Positions 20,476 to 31,284 of a DNA stretch of 64,000 nucleotides are shown here, in pieces; position 1 is the first letter of the stretch; every line of letters starts with the position of its first letter. Both the position numbers and the translations under genes were made by a program. Source of the DNA: a virus; the IMG/VR virus record IMGVR_UViG_3300029309_000010, positions 1 through 64,000 of that record; one strand, 5' to 3'. Under the pieces are notes generated by a model. The model searched no databases. It saw only the letters and a list, made by a program, of their open reading frames with translations, and was not told the origin of the DNA.

Positions 20476-21072
20476 TTGATAGAAGACCTTACAGATTCAG
20501 CCCTAACAGAGATGATTAGGTCAGAAAATAACGAAAAAGCTCTAAATGAGCTTATTTCTAGGCATTCTGGCATATATGTGGATATGATAAAGAGATTTGG
20601 CTCAAACTGCCTAACTCAAAATCAAATCCAAGACATAATGAAGGATAAAGATTACACTATCTACAGGGCAGCATTAGAATATGATGAAAACAAAGCTAAG
20701 TTTTCTACCCATTTAGCTAATAAGACAAAATACATGTGTTTAACACAGAAGACTAAAAACAAAAATAACAAGGTCTTTAATAACTTTGAAGAAGTTAAAT
20801 TTTGTCAAAAAGACAAATCAGCGACTCCAGATGAGTCTTGTAGACTAAACGATTCTTTTTCTAGGATTCTAAATCTCATTAATAAACATAAAGATCAGAG
20901 ATTAAAAGTAATATTTCATGAACGATATTTTTGTGGAGAACGAGGTAAGTTAAAGCCTTGGAAAGATGTAGCTAAAAAAATAAATCTTTCTGCTCAAGGA
21001 TGCATTAATATACATGATAAAGCCATAAAAGAATTCAATTACAAGATTGAAAATGAAAAAATTAAATTTTGA
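20476..21072 (+). CDS. Sigma70-family (regions 2 and 4) phage sigma factor
   Basis: ALNELI, AALEYDENKAKFSTHL (region 2), WKDVAKKINLS.QG..NIH.KA (region 4 HTH). Confidence 0.8.
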   Translation: MIEDLTDSALTEMIRSENNEKALNELISRHSGIYVDMIKRFGSNCLTQNQIQDIMKDKDYTIYRAALEYDENKAKFSTHLANKTKYMCLTQKTKNKNNKVFNNFEEVKFCQKDKSATPDESCRLNDSFSRILNLINKHKDQRLKVIFHERYFCGERGKLKPWKDVAKKINLSAQGCINIHDKAIKEFNYKIENEKIKF

Positions 21073-22141
21073 TGGACCAATAAACTCTCTTAGCTTGGGA
21101 AATGTAAGTATAAATTTTCTAAGAGAAATTCAAAAAAGAGATCTAGAAGTATCTTTATATCCTGTCGGAGATCAAGGTAACTTTGATGCATATGATAAGA
21201 TTGGTGAAGAATTCAAGCAGTGGGTGGCTAATATAGCTACAAATAGATTAAAAAATCTTAGTCCATCTTCAAAATCATTAAAGGTTTGGCACATCAATGG
21301 ATCAGAAAAGGTTTTGCCAAATCAATATTTATACACCTTTTATGAAACAGACTCTCCGACAGAAGAGGAGGTGAATATTGTTAATCTTCAGAAACACACA
21401 TTCTTTTCTTGTTCTGAAGCAGCAGAAATTTTTAAAGATAAAGGGTGTGATAATGTATCATACGTCCCTTTAGGGTTTGATGAGGATTTTCACGTTACAG
21501 ACAAAAAGTATCTAGAAGATACGATACACTTTGGTCTAGTTGGAAAATTTGAAAGAAGGAAAAATACACAAGCTATCATTCAACTCTGGACAGATAAGTT
21601 TGGGAACAACCCCAAGTATCAGCTTTCTTGTTTAGTTCATAATCCATTTCTTAATGAAGATCAGATGAATCAAGCAATACAGTCTTCTCTTAGGGGTCAA
21701 AATTGGTCAAATGTTAATTTTTTGCCTCATTTGAAGACAAATTCTGAAATGAATGACTTCATAAACTCTATAGATATTGATCTCTCTGGTCTTTCTAATG
21801 GAGAGGGATGGAATCTACCTTCTTTTAACGCTACAGCTTTAGGAAAATGGTCAATAGTTAGTAACTGTTCTGCCCATAAAGATTGGGCCACAGAACAAAA
21901 CTCTATCCTTGTTGACCCAGTAGGCAAGCAACCATGTTATGATAATTTCTTTTTCAAAGAGGGTAATACATTTAATCAAGGTCAGTATTATAAATTGAAT
22001 GGAGATTCTATACTAGAATCCTTTGATAAAGCTATTGATAAAGTGGGTCAAATCAACACAGAAGGGACAAAACTTCGTGACAGTTTTACATACTCAAAGA
22101 CTATGGATGCGATTTTTTCACACATGTATAGCGATTCTTGA
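21047..22141 (+). CDS. GT4 (GT-B) glycosyltransferase
   Basis: VGKFERRKN, S.GEGWNLP..A.A.GK, SAH. Confidence 0.85.
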   Translation: MKMKKLNFDGPINSLSLGNVSINFLREIQKRDLEVSLYPVGDQGNFDAYDKIGEEFKQWVANIATNRLKNLSPSSKSLKVWHINGSEKVLPNQYLYTFYETDSPTEEEVNIVNLQKHTFFSCSEAAEIFKDKGCDNVSYVPLGFDEDFHVTDKKYLEDTIHFGLVGKFERRKNTQAIIQLWTDKFGNNPKYQLSCLVHNPFLNEDQMNQAIQSSLRGQNWSNVNFLPHLKTNSEMNDFINSIDIDLSGLSNGEGWNLPSFNATALGKWSIVSNCSAHKDWATEQNSILVDPVGKQPCYDNFFFKEGNTFNQGQYYKLNGDSILESFDKAIDKVGQINTEGTKLRDSFTYSKTMDAIFSHMYSDS

Positions 22142-22169
22142 TTGGTATAAAAATTGATAATAGATTATT

Positions 22170-22493
22170 ATGTATTATAAACTTAATAAAAAATTCATGG
22201 ACTACTTTGATCAATTTGAAACTACTAAACACGCTAAAGTTAAAGATAGCGGTGATGTTTACGTTGGTGAATTTGAACTAGCTGGCTTCTCAAAAGATGA
22301 TATTGAAATTTTAGCTACTGATGAAGAACTAAAAATTCATGCAAAGAATGAAAAAAGAGAAAAAAGATTTAATTTAACATTGTATAGCGCTGTATCTATC
22401 TCTGATATCTCCTCCGAGACAAAAGATGGATTACTTACAGTTACCATGCCTAAAAAATGTGTTAGTGAGCGAATAAAAATTAAAGTAAAATAA
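22170..22493 (+). CDS. Hsp20 small heat-shock protein
   Basis: ELAGFSKDDI, DGLLTVTMPK alpha-crystallin motifs. Confidence 0.88.
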   Translation: MYYKLNKKFMDYFDQFETTKHAKVKDSGDVYVGEFELAGFSKDDIEILATDEELKIHAKNEKREKRFNLTLYSAVSISDISSETKDGLLTVTMPKKCVSERIKIKVK

Positions 22494-22873
22494 TGCCAAT
22501 TTACGTCTACAAACACCCAACTGAGGAGAGATATGAGGAAATCATTCAGACTATGAGTGAGCCTCATGTCTTCTCCAAAGACGGGGTAGAGTGGAAAAGA
22601 GTATTTTTACCAACTCGTTGTTCAATATCAGCAAATGCTGATCCATTTAATTCAAACTCTTTTGTAGAAAAAACTGCAAACATGAAAGGCACGTTTGGAG
22701 ATATGATGGATTATTCAAAAGAACTTAGCGAAAAGAGGGCTGAGAAAGCTGGGGGAGAAGATCCTATTAAGAGACAACACTTCAATAGGTATGAGAAAGA
22801 AGTTGGCAAAAAACACATTGCCGATAAAAAGACTTCTTACGAAAATAAATCAGTTAAGATTGATTTTGATTGA
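22493..22873 (+). CDS. FmdB-like small protein (Cys-less)
   Basis: MPIYVYK..E...Q.MSE..W.RVF resembles the FmdB zinc-ribbon family without the cysteines. Confidence 0.5.
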   Translation: MPIYVYKHPTEERYEEIIQTMSEPHVFSKDGVEWKRVFLPTRCSISANADPFNSNSFVEKTANMKGTFGDMMDYSKELSEKRAEKAGGEDPIKRQHFNRYEKEVGKKHIADKKTSYENKSVKIDFD

Positions 22874-23662
22874 TTATGCTGGAGAGGTTCCTATTCCAAT
22901 ATAACCCCATAGATGAGTTCCAGTTTGAACTACTAAATTTTTTCCAGATATAGCTAAGGCTCCTATAGCAAAATTTTGTGCTGTATTAGATTCAGGAGCT
23001 AATCCTGTCCATATTGGAAGTGCGAAGCCTGTTTTAAAGGTGACTGTATCAGTGAAAATTGATGATCCTATAACATCTAAATTACCACTAAAAATACCAG
23101 AGCTATTAAAACTGGTATTGTCGCCAAAATAACTTTCGCCACCATTAAAAAAGTGACCGTTTGAAAAACTTGTTATTAAAGAATCTTGTAAACTGACCGA
23201 TAAAGCAGATGAATCATTAAAATCTTTAATTACAGTGTTCCCAGTCGCAGTTTTTGTAAAAGTAACAGTGTCTCCAGCTACTAATGTATTATTTTGACCA
23301 CTTCTTGATACTTCTACTGAACCAGCATTGAACAGCGCGTTTCCAATACCACTTATGTTACTATCATTAGCTCTAATCGCTATATTATCTCCATCAATTG
23401 GACCAGAGGCCAAAGTTGTATTATTGCCTAAAAATAGAAAATTTCCATCATTAGGGTCAAAACTATTATTACCACTATCAGCTAAACCAAAAACAGTTCT
23501 ACCCCCTATTTTTAGGCTACCAGTAAATGCAAAATCTCCTGTTAATCCTCTGGATAAATTTAATTTAACACCAGTATCAGTTTGAGTAACAGATATGTCT
23601 CCAGAATCACTAAAAAAAGTAGCTAACTGTATCTGTTCAGGTTGAATTTTGTTAAATGACAT
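22874..23662 (-). CDS. Putative virion/tail fibre-like protein
   Basis: Gly/Ser/Thr/Asn-rich beta-type sequence; GTGTAA motif upstream; 15 [ST]G dipeptides. Confidence 0.55.
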   Translation of the reverse strand: MSFNKIQPEQIQLATFFSDSGDISVTQTDTGVKLNLSRGLTGDFAFTGSLKIGGRTVFGLADSGNNSFDPNDGNFLFLGNNTTLASGPIDGDNIAIRANDSNISGIGNALFNAGSVEVSRSGQNNTLVAGDTVTFTKTATGNTVIKDFNDSSALSVSLQDSLITSFSNGHFFNGGESYFGDNTSFNSSGIFSGNLDVIGSSIFTDTVTFKTGFALPIWTGLAPESNTAQNFAIGALAISGKNLVVQTGTHLWGYIGIGTSPA

Positions 23663-23700
23663 AATACAATAGATTATCTTTTATAAATTACACGAATTCA

Positions 23701-24261
23701 ATGAAATTTACTCTTTATAAGCCAAACTCTAAAAATACAGGGGCTGCTTTCAGTTTTGATCTAGCTAAGGACAAGAAGGGGAATGCAGTTATGTATGTCT
23801 CTATGATTCAGCAACACAGCTGGAACGATAAGACAAAAAGTGGCTCTTTTAAGGAAAATGCTAAGAATCCTGAAAAATCTGGCACAATCAAACTATCAGC
23901 AAATGAAGCTGGAGAAGTCCTTTCGTCATTTAAGACTAGAATCCCTTTTGTCGCTTTTCACAGAAGGAATGACGATACAACTATAATAAAATTCACCCCT
24001 TGGGATAAGAAAAGAAAAATCATGGGCAAGGATGGAGATACTTGGCATGAAACTCCTGCATTTGGAGTCAGCGTTACACGAAATTCATCTATGACATTTA
24101 AGCTTCCTTTGGAAGCTGGAGAAACGGAGGTCTTATCAGAGTTACTAAAAAAATATATTTTAGAATCCTTTATTGTGGCAGACGCATATAAACCTCAAGC
24201 TCCCAAAGAAGAAACTCAAGAAGATACCTTAGATACTGAAGATTCAGATGTCCCATTCTAA
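23701..24261 (+). CDS. Putative ssDNA-binding protein with SSB-type C-terminal tail
   Basis: Aromatic/basic beta-type body; acidic tail ending DTEDSDVPF. Confidence 0.55.
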   Translation: MKFTLYKPNSKNTGAAFSFDLAKDKKGNAVMYVSMIQQHSWNDKTKSGSFKENAKNPEKSGTIKLSANEAGEVLSSFKTRIPFVAFHRRNDDTTIIKFTPWDKKRKIMGKDGDTWHETPAFGVSVTRNSSMTFKLPLEAGETEVLSELLKKYILESFIVADAYKPQAPKEETQEDTLDTEDSDVPF

Positions 24262-25960
24262 AAAAATAAAGGTATTATTCCACTCTAACCATAGTAGATT
24301 GGTTACTGGATTTGGTAAAAATACTAGAAATATTATGATGGGTCTTCATAATGACCCAGATATAGAGGTTATTGAGGCTGCTAATGGAGCTAAGTTTGGA
24401 GCAGATCTTTTGACACCTTGGAAATCTTATGGAACTCACCCTAGCGATGCAGCCACCCTTCAAGCTATACAGGGAGATGGCCCAAAAGAAAGAATGGCTC
24501 AGTATGGATTTTATACAATAGATAAAATAATAGAAGAATGTAAACCCGACATATATCTTGGAGTCGAAGATATATGGGCTTTTACAGAATATGAAAATAA
24601 ACCTTGGTGGAATAAGATAAATAAAATTCTTTGGACTACATTAGATAGCTTGCCAATCTTAGATCAGGCCATCAAAATGGAACCTCTTTGTGATAAGATG
24701 CTTGTGTGGGCTTCTTTTGCAGAGAAAGAAATGAATAGACTTGGGCACAATAACATAGAGACTATACACGGAGCTGTTGATTACACAAATTTTCGTCCTC
24801 TTGAAAATAGGATTCAAATAAGAAAGAAATTTGGAATAAATGACGATTTTGTAATCGGTTTTGTATTTAAAAACCAGCTCAGAAAATCTGTCCCAAATCT
24901 GCTACAGGGATTTAAAATATTCAAAGAGCAAAATCCAGATGTAAAAACCAAGCTATTGCTACACACCGATTGGGGTGAAGTGGGACAAGGGTGGGATATC
25001 CCTAGATATATCAATGAAATGGGGATTGCCCCTGAAGATGTATTGTCCACATATGTTTGTCATGCTTGTGATTTTTACTTTGTATCTCACTATCAAGGAG
25101 AAGAAAAAAACTGTCCCAAATGTAAGGCTGAAAAAACATTTAAAACAAAAAACAGCAACAAGGGTATTGGTGAAGTTGAGTTAAATGAGCTTTATAATTG
25201 CATGGATGTATACTGCCATCCTTTTACTAGTGGTGGTCAAGAGCTTCCTATTCAAGAGGCTAAATCAGCTGGTTTAGTAACTTTAGTTACAGAGTATTCC
25301 TGCGGGACTGACTCTTGTTATGAACACCAAGGCGGTATCCCATTAAAATGGAATGAGTATAGAGAACCTCACACTCAATTCATTAAGGCGTCTACATGCC
25401 CAGAAGATATAGCAGATAAACTTAAAAAAGTTTACAGGATGGATGACATAGAAAAACTTTCTATAATTTCATCTGGAATTAAATATGTAAAAGATTCTTA
25501 CTCTATTAGTAGCATTTGCAAAAAACTTAAAAAGGTCTTCTTTAGTTTAGATAAACCAAAATTTGAAGAAAAAGAAGAAGATAAAAATACACAGAATCTA
25601 ATTAGTCTAGATGATGTTTTAGATGATGAAGGGCCTACAAATAGAATAGCAGTAGTGTTGCCAGAATCTGCTGGAGATATTCTCATATTGAATTCTTTAA
25701 TGGAAAACTTGAAATCTTTGTATCCAGAAAAAAATATCTATATCTTCACTAAACCAGAATACTATCAAATGATTGAGGATAATCCCGCAATACACAAACT
25801 TCTTCCATATAACCCTCAAGTAGAAAATCTTTTATTCTTAGAGGGTAGAGGTGATCACGAAGGATATTTTGAAATGGCCTTTCTACCTAACATTGGAACA
25901 CAAAGACATTTGAATTATCTTCACAACGGAAAAGATAAAACACAATTTGAATTAAGATGA
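24248..25960 (+). CDS. GT4 glycosyltransferase with Zn-ribbon insert and C-terminal GT9-like segment
   Basis: TGFG, KNQLRK, SGGQELPIQEA; CHAC..CPKC insert; ESAGDIL. Confidence 0.8.
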   Translation: MSHSKKIKVLFHSNHSRLVTGFGKNTRNIMMGLHNDPDIEVIEAANGAKFGADLLTPWKSYGTHPSDAATLQAIQGDGPKERMAQYGFYTIDKIIEECKPDIYLGVEDIWAFTEYENKPWWNKINKILWTTLDSLPILDQAIKMEPLCDKMLVWASFAEKEMNRLGHNNIETIHGAVDYTNFRPLENRIQIRKKFGINDDFVIGFVFKNQLRKSVPNLLQGFKIFKEQNPDVKTKLLLHTDWGEVGQGWDIPRYINEMGIAPEDVLSTYVCHACDFYFVSHYQGEEKNCPKCKAEKTFKTKNSNKGIGEVELNELYNCMDVYCHPFTSGGQELPIQEAKSAGLVTLVTEYSCGTDSCYEHQGGIPLKWNEYREPHTQFIKASTCPEDIADKLKKVYRMDDIEKLSIISSGIKYVKDSYSISSICKKLKKVFFSLDKPKFEEKEEDKNTQNLISLDDVLDDEGPTNRIAVVLPESAGDILILNSLMENLKSLYPEKNIYIFTKPEYYQMIEDNPAIHKLLPYNPQVENLLFLEGRGDHEGYFEMAFLPNIGTQRHLNYLHNGKDKTQFELR

Positions 25961-27081
25961 GTCACCTAGCAGAAGAATATGCAAAATCATGTGGTGTCAA
26001 AATAGGAAATCCTGTTTTAAAACCCCACTACTTTCCGATTATGTATGACAAATACATAACTATCCATAATGACAAAAAAGTTCAATCTAAAGAATATAAC
26101 ATGTGGCCCGATGTTATAGAGTTACTTAAATCTAAATTAAATGACATAAAGATTATACAGATTGGATCTCACGGAGAAGAAAGAATACAGGGTGTAGATG
26201 ATCATGTCCCAACAAACTCATTAAAACAATGCTCTTACATTATAAATAATTCTTTAGGTCATGTAGGTATTGATAGCGTCCCCGTGCATATAGCATCTGC
26301 ACTAGATAAACCTGTTGTTAGTATATATGCTCATACCTATGCTGATACCTGCAATCCCTTGTGGAATAAAAATTCTAAATTCATAACCATTGAATCTGAT
26401 CGAGGCGGTAAAAAGCCATCCTTTTCATTGGAAGAGCATCCTAAAACAATTAATTTTATTAAACCAGAAACTATAGCTCAAGCTGTGCTTGATGTATTAG
26501 ACATAAATAAAACAATAAAACACAAAACGATATACATCGGAGATAGATATACGAGTAATTTTGTAGAAGTGATACCCACAATTCAAACAAACGTAATAGC
26601 TCCCTTGATAGATGTTAGAATGGATTACGCTCATAACGAAAGCGTATTAGAAGGAATCCTACAGAAAAATGAAGTCGAGGTTACTACCAAAAAACCTATA
26701 AACGAAAATATTATAAGGTCTGGTAGAATTAAAAAAATTGTTTATCAGGCAGATTCTTTTGATCAAGATTTTTTAAAATTAATAAAGTCTTCTGGAATAT
26801 CTCACGTTATAATCTGCACATCTCAAAAAAATCTTGCAGAAGAAAGATCTAAAAATTTTGATACTTTGATAAACCATCTTGATCTGAAACATTTAATCAA
26901 CACTAATAAAAGTAAAGTAAATCATAAAGATCCAAGCTCTCTTAAAATAAAAAGCAATAAAAAAGTTGTTTGCGGAAACAAGATTTACGACAGTTTCTTT
27001 GATTTAAACAGCAGGAAAAACTTAGATCATTTTTTCATTGACCTAGAGTTCTTTAGGGTTTATACTGATTCAAATGAGTAA
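25957..27081 (+). CDS. GT9-like glycosyltransferase
   Basis: IIQIG, HVGIDSVPVHIASALDKP (GT9 DS.P.H.A motif). Confidence 0.75.
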   Translation: MSHLAEEYAKSCGVKIGNPVLKPHYFPIMYDKYITIHNDKKVQSKEYNMWPDVIELLKSKLNDIKIIQIGSHGEERIQGVDDHVPTNSLKQCSYIINNSLGHVGIDSVPVHIASALDKPVVSIYAHTYADTCNPLWNKNSKFITIESDRGGKKPSFSLEEHPKTINFIKPETIAQAVLDVLDINKTIKHKTIYIGDRYTSNFVEVIPTIQTNVIAPLIDVRMDYAHNESVLEGILQKNEVEVTTKKPINENIIRSGRIKKIVYQADSFDQDFLKLIKSSGISHVIICTSQKNLAEERSKNFDTLINHLDLKHLINTNKSKVNHKDPSSLKIKSNKKVVCGNKIYDSFFDLNSRKNLDHFFIDLEFFRVYTDSNE

Positions 27082-27844
27082 GAAAAAGATCTACGGACCA
27101 GATATCTACAAGCGTAACGAGCACGGATTGCTTGAGAATGTAGACTACGAATTTAATGAAGATGGCTCTGTAAACTGGAGAGCTATGATCAAGGAGGAGT
27201 TCTTATATCCAAACAAAGACTGGTTTGTCTCAAGAAAAAAAGATGTTCCTAATTCTGTAGAGGGCCTTTCTGATAAACAGCTTCTTATCATGCTTGGAGG
27301 CATCAAAGAGTTAGCTAAAATGAGAGGATACTCCACGGTAGCTTTTGATGTGACTCAGCCTTCAGATGGATATGTAACTGCTAAATGCACGATAAATTGG
27401 TATAAGAATTATGAGACACAAGATGAAGTCGCATACCAAGACTATGCTAATGCTACTCTTGCAAATACAGACAACTTCTGCGCTAAGTTCTTAGAAACAA
27501 TAGCTTGTAACCGAGCTTTTGTGCGTTGTGTTCGTAATTATCTAAATATCCACATTGTGGGTGCAGATGAGATTGATAAGTCAAAAGGCGCTAATAATTC
27601 AAACACCGTAGAACATGACTCTTCTAGTGATGCAGTAATGCTCCCTCTGACTCCTTCAGGGGCGCTACAGAAGGCTTTGGGAGATAAGTTGGGTGACAGC
27701 TCATTTGATAGCTTCAAGACGTTTCTGAGGCAACTGTGGAAGGATGATTCCTACAGGAATGAAGACGCAAAGGATTGGTCTTCTTATGAGGATCTACCCG
27801 CAAAAGAATGTAGAAAAATAATTTCTATAATAAAGAAATTATAA
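27074..27844 (+). CDS. Putative single-strand annealing protein (RecT/Rad52-like)
   Basis: GGIKELA..RG, A.CTI, IACNRAFVRCVR..LNI..GADEI. Confidence 0.55.
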   Translation: MSKKKIYGPDIYKRNEHGLLENVDYEFNEDGSVNWRAMIKEEFLYPNKDWFVSRKKDVPNSVEGLSDKQLLIMLGGIKELAKMRGYSTVAFDVTQPSDGYVTAKCTINWYKNYETQDEVAYQDYANATLANTDNFCAKFLETIACNRAFVRCVRNYLNIHIVGADEIDKSKGANNSNTVEHDSSSDAVMLPLTPSGALQKALGDKLGDSSFDSFKTFLRQLWKDDSYRNEDAKDWSSYEDLPAKECRKIISIIKKL

Positions 27845-30442
27845 TCCCAGTCTATTTCTCTGAGAGGCTGACAATAGAGTTGGTATACTAGATTTTGGAG
27901 TAAGTGCCTCCATACCCTGAACCAATAAGAAATTTTGGTCTGGTGGTATAATCTTTATTGTAGACTCATCTATAGTTGTTCTAACCCCATTAGAGGTAAT
28001 AGATATGGATATTCCATTTATAGTCGGTTTAAATTTAGGAATTTGAAGACCGTAAACTGTCCTGCTTGATGATTTTGGAATATCTAAAACATCATTAAAT
28101 TTTCCTCTAATAGATTGCAACACTTTCATCTCTGCGGTTGAACCAGACAAACTAGATAGTGTTAATTTATTTAAAATACTGTGAGGTGGTGATTCTACAG
28201 ATTTAAATATTAAATCAAACCTGTCACTAAGGTCGATATTTTGTTGTGCTCCAGTTGAAGATGCTGCTATATCATCATCTTCTTTTTCTTCTCCTTCTTC
28301 ATCATCTTTAACAACTCTTGTTTTGCTTCTTCTAAAATTTAACTTTATTGTATTTTTTGTCTCAGTGGCTTTTTTGTAGTAACCGTTAGATTTTAATACC
28401 AGAGCCATTATAGCATCCACCATATCTTTTTCTTTTTCAAATCCCAATTCTCCACCAGTTGCAATAGGGCCTCCTAAAAATAAATCATTATGGTGTTCAA
28501 AAAATTCAAAACTTTGAGTTATGAATGTATTGTAATCAACCTTATCTTGAACTTTAGCTCTATCATTGACTGGATTTGCTTTTTTAAGCTTAGGCAATGC
28601 TCTTATACCTATAAAATAATTATTATGGACACTCACAGCTGGAGTAACTCCCTTTTTTCCTTGTGTTAATTCAGCGAGCTTGTTAATTTTTGGATCTAAA
28701 TCTTTATCTAAAAGCTTAAACATACTGGATATAGGTTCCAATTCATCATGGTTTGATATTTTATCATCTCCATTAAAAGGCCCTAAAACATCAATACCAT
28801 TTTTGTTATCAAAGCTCATTCTATCAGCTTTGTATTTAGAGTAACCATTTGATATATAAATACCACCAGCTATTGAAAAGTAAGTTTCTAGAAAAGGATG
28901 TAGTGCTGTTTCCTTTGCTTTAGGCATGGGTTTGGTGGCTCTATTTTTTAAATGGAAATATTTAAACTTATTGGTTATTCTGTTAGCTGGCACTTTTTTA
29001 TTTTCATCATTTTCGTCAATTACTTTTAGCTTTGTTTTTAACGCTTGGTCTTTTGCAGCTTGTTTAGTAGGGTCATCATATATAGTTAATAGTCTCGCAA
29101 AATCCTCTAGATCAAGTCTTGCATATGGCCTCAACTCAACTATGTCTTCTGCGCCTTTGCGGACTAGTGCTATTAGTCCTTTGTCATCTTCAAATTCTTC
29201 AAGATATAAATTATTTACATTAAATGGGCCATTTTCCTCTAAATCATTTTCTTCGAAATAATCTTCGAACTTCGCCTCTGGGTAATCACCTGATGCAAAA
29301 ATAGACATCAAATATGTAAATTTGTTAAAGACTTCTTCGCTTTCATTTTGATCAAAAATGCTGAAGTAAGCACCCATAACAATTCTACTGCACTTTTGTT
29401 GTAATAAAGGTTTAGCATTATCATCATCCTCTTCTCCCTCTTTTTTAAGTCTTTCAAATCTAACTCTTTTTAAAAATACTGATTTTAAACGATCATCCCC
29501 ATCAGATGATTCTGAACCCCGATCTTTTTCAGAGGTTCCACTGTAGCTATTTACAATCTTGTTAGATAATTTGCTTTCTGAGAAAGAAGCGTTAAGAATA
29601 TTAGGGTCATTGGTTTCTGTGAAATTTTCTATTTCAAGCTGGCTAGCTATACTGGTATTTATAAATTTTATAATTCCAGTGTCAGGGTCAGTAAACCAAA
29701 AGTAACCTAGATAACTAGCTATTGTTGAAACTACACTATTTAAAGTCCCGCTTGCTTCAAATAACACATCCTTTTCATTTTCATCTGGCAAACCCTCTAT
29801 TCCAAGACCAGCCAAATTAATTATTTTTTTAAAGTCTCCTAAATTATATCCGAACTTTAAATCATACTGTGATAAATCAGGCTGGCTTTTGTATTGCGCT
29901 GAAACAAAATCTGTATTCAAAGATAGTTTTTCTATCAGCTCTTTGTTATTATAAACTAAATTCATTTTAACGCCTTTTTCAGTCGATGCTGACTCTGCAT
30001 TAAATATTCTACCAGCTTCTATTATTGATCCATTTCTTTTTGGTTCCAAAACTTGAAACGAATCTAAGGGACTATTTGAAACTTCTGAATAAAAAGGCAT
30101 CCCTCCTTCGAAATTCAGACCTCCCTCTGGTCCTAAATGCATTCCCCTTAAAAGAACTATATAAGAATTTAAAATTAAAGATGTCCTATCTACATACTTT
30201 CTAGATATTGTTTTTTTAGTTGGATCAGAAGATTTTGTGATTTGAGTGCATATGAATCTACTCATCATTTTTGAAATATTTTCATTAGAAAAATCATTTA
30301 CCTCTCCTAGATCTCCAATGACTATTCCTAAATCTTCTCCAGTTTGAATTTTTTTAGGATTTAAAACTGACCTAATTGATGCTGAATGACCACCTCCAGA
30401 ATTAGTAAAATTTAATTCTATATTTGTTATAGACTCACTCAT
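27839..30442 (-). CDS. Tail tip/baseplate hub-like protein
   Basis: Last gene of the tail operon, large; position-based call. Confidence 0.5.
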   Translation of the reverse strand: MSESITNIELNFTNSGGGHSASIRSVLNPKKIQTGEDLGIVIGDLGEVNDFSNENISKMMSRFICTQITKSSDPTKKTISRKYVDRTSLILNSYIVLLRGMHLGPEGGLNFEGGMPFYSEVSNSPLDSFQVLEPKRNGSIIEAGRIFNAESASTEKGVKMNLVYNNKELIEKLSLNTDFVSAQYKSQPDLSQYDLKFGYNLGDFKKIINLAGLGIEGLPDENEKDVLFEASGTLNSVVSTIASYLGYFWFTDPDTGIIKFINTSIASQLEIENFTETNDPNILNASFSESKLSNKIVNSYSGTSEKDRGSESSDGDDRLKSVFLKRVRFERLKKEGEEDDDNAKPLLQQKCSRIVMGAYFSIFDQNESEEVFNKFTYLMSIFASGDYPEAKFEDYFEENDLEENGPFNVNNLYLEEFEDDKGLIALVRKGAEDIVELRPYARLDLEDFARLLTIYDDPTKQAAKDQALKTKLKVIDENDENKKVPANRITNKFKYFHLKNRATKPMPKAKETALHPFLETYFSIAGGIYISNGYSKYKADRMSFDNKNGIDVLGPFNGDDKISNHDELEPISSMFKLLDKDLDPKINKLAELTQGKKGVTPAVSVHNNYFIGIRALPKLKKANPVNDRAKVQDKVDYNTFITQSFEFFEHHNDLFLGGPIATGGELGFEKEKDMVDAIMALVLKSNGYYKKATETKNTIKLNFRRSKTRVVKDDEEGEEKEDDDIAASSTGAQQNIDLSDRFDLIFKSVESPPHSILNKLTLSSLSGSTAEMKVLQSIRGKFNDVLDIPKSSSRTVYGLQIPKFKPTINGISISITSNGVRTTIDESTIKIIPPDQNFLLVQGMEALTPKSSIPTLLSASQRNRLGL

Positions 30443-31284
30443 AATATTAGATTTTCTACTTTTGATGTAACTTCAAAGTTTGGTCCAGCTATTCCTCCAC
30501 TAATTAAACATGGTTTTCCTTCTTGTATAATATTTACACCTGTATACAGCTCTAGATAACTAGATGGAAGTTCAACCATTCCATTTATATAGAAATTAGT
30601 TCTACCCTCTATAAAACCTGATCCAGTTAGATCAGGCGATGAACCTGTTATTGAGTTAGATCTAAATCGTTTCTTGTAAGCTGTGTAAACAAAATTTGAT
30701 TTGTTATCTGCTGTGACAATACCATTAGCCGTAGCAGAATTATTAAACAAGGGAGTTTTAACAGTGGCGGCTTCAACCCCAACACCATCACCAGAGTAAA
30801 CTTTTTGACCATTTAAAAAATAGTCCATGTCTTCAAATATATAGTCACTGCCTATGGCAGAGTTAATGCTAGCTACTAAAGTTTGTCCAAAATCACCACG
30901 CGCAGCTATCATCGCAGATCCTGAAATTATATTATATAAAATATTTGAAGTAGATTTCGCAGGGACAGTGTTGTGAAAAAATACTCTATTAATATCAATT
31001 ATGTCTGCTTCTGTTCCTTTCACAAAATAATCACCAGTATTAATTTGATAGGATATTTCATTTGCAGCTTGTCCAGTTATAGGGACTTCTTGTAAAAGAG
31101 TTTGTGAGTTCAGGCTTAATTGCAATCTTTTGTCACCCGTAGAATTTGCCCTATCATAATAAAATAAACCAGCGCTACCAACAGCTTCTCTGTTTAGCTC
31201 TAAAAAATTATCTGTGTGGAAAAAATCAGAGGAACATCCTGATAAACTACTCTCTCCAGTAAAAATTACAGAATCATATATCAT
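30439..31284 (-). CDS. Putative tail protein
   Basis: Tail operon position; repeated (Y/F).NG motifs; [ST]G-rich. Confidence 0.55.
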   Translation of the reverse strand: MIYDSVIFTGESSLSGCSSDFFHTDNFLELNREAVGSAGLFYYDRANSTGDKRLQLSLNSQTLLQEVPITGQAANEISYQINTGDYFVKGTEADIIDINRVFFHNTVPAKSTSNILYNIISGSAMIAARGDFGQTLVASINSAIGSDYIFEDMDYFLNGQKVYSGDGVGVEAATVKTPLFNNSATANGIVTADNKSNFVYTAYKKRFRSNSITGSSPDLTGSGFIEGRTNFYINGMVELPSSYLELYTGVNIIQEGKPCLISGGIAGPNFEVTSKVENLIL

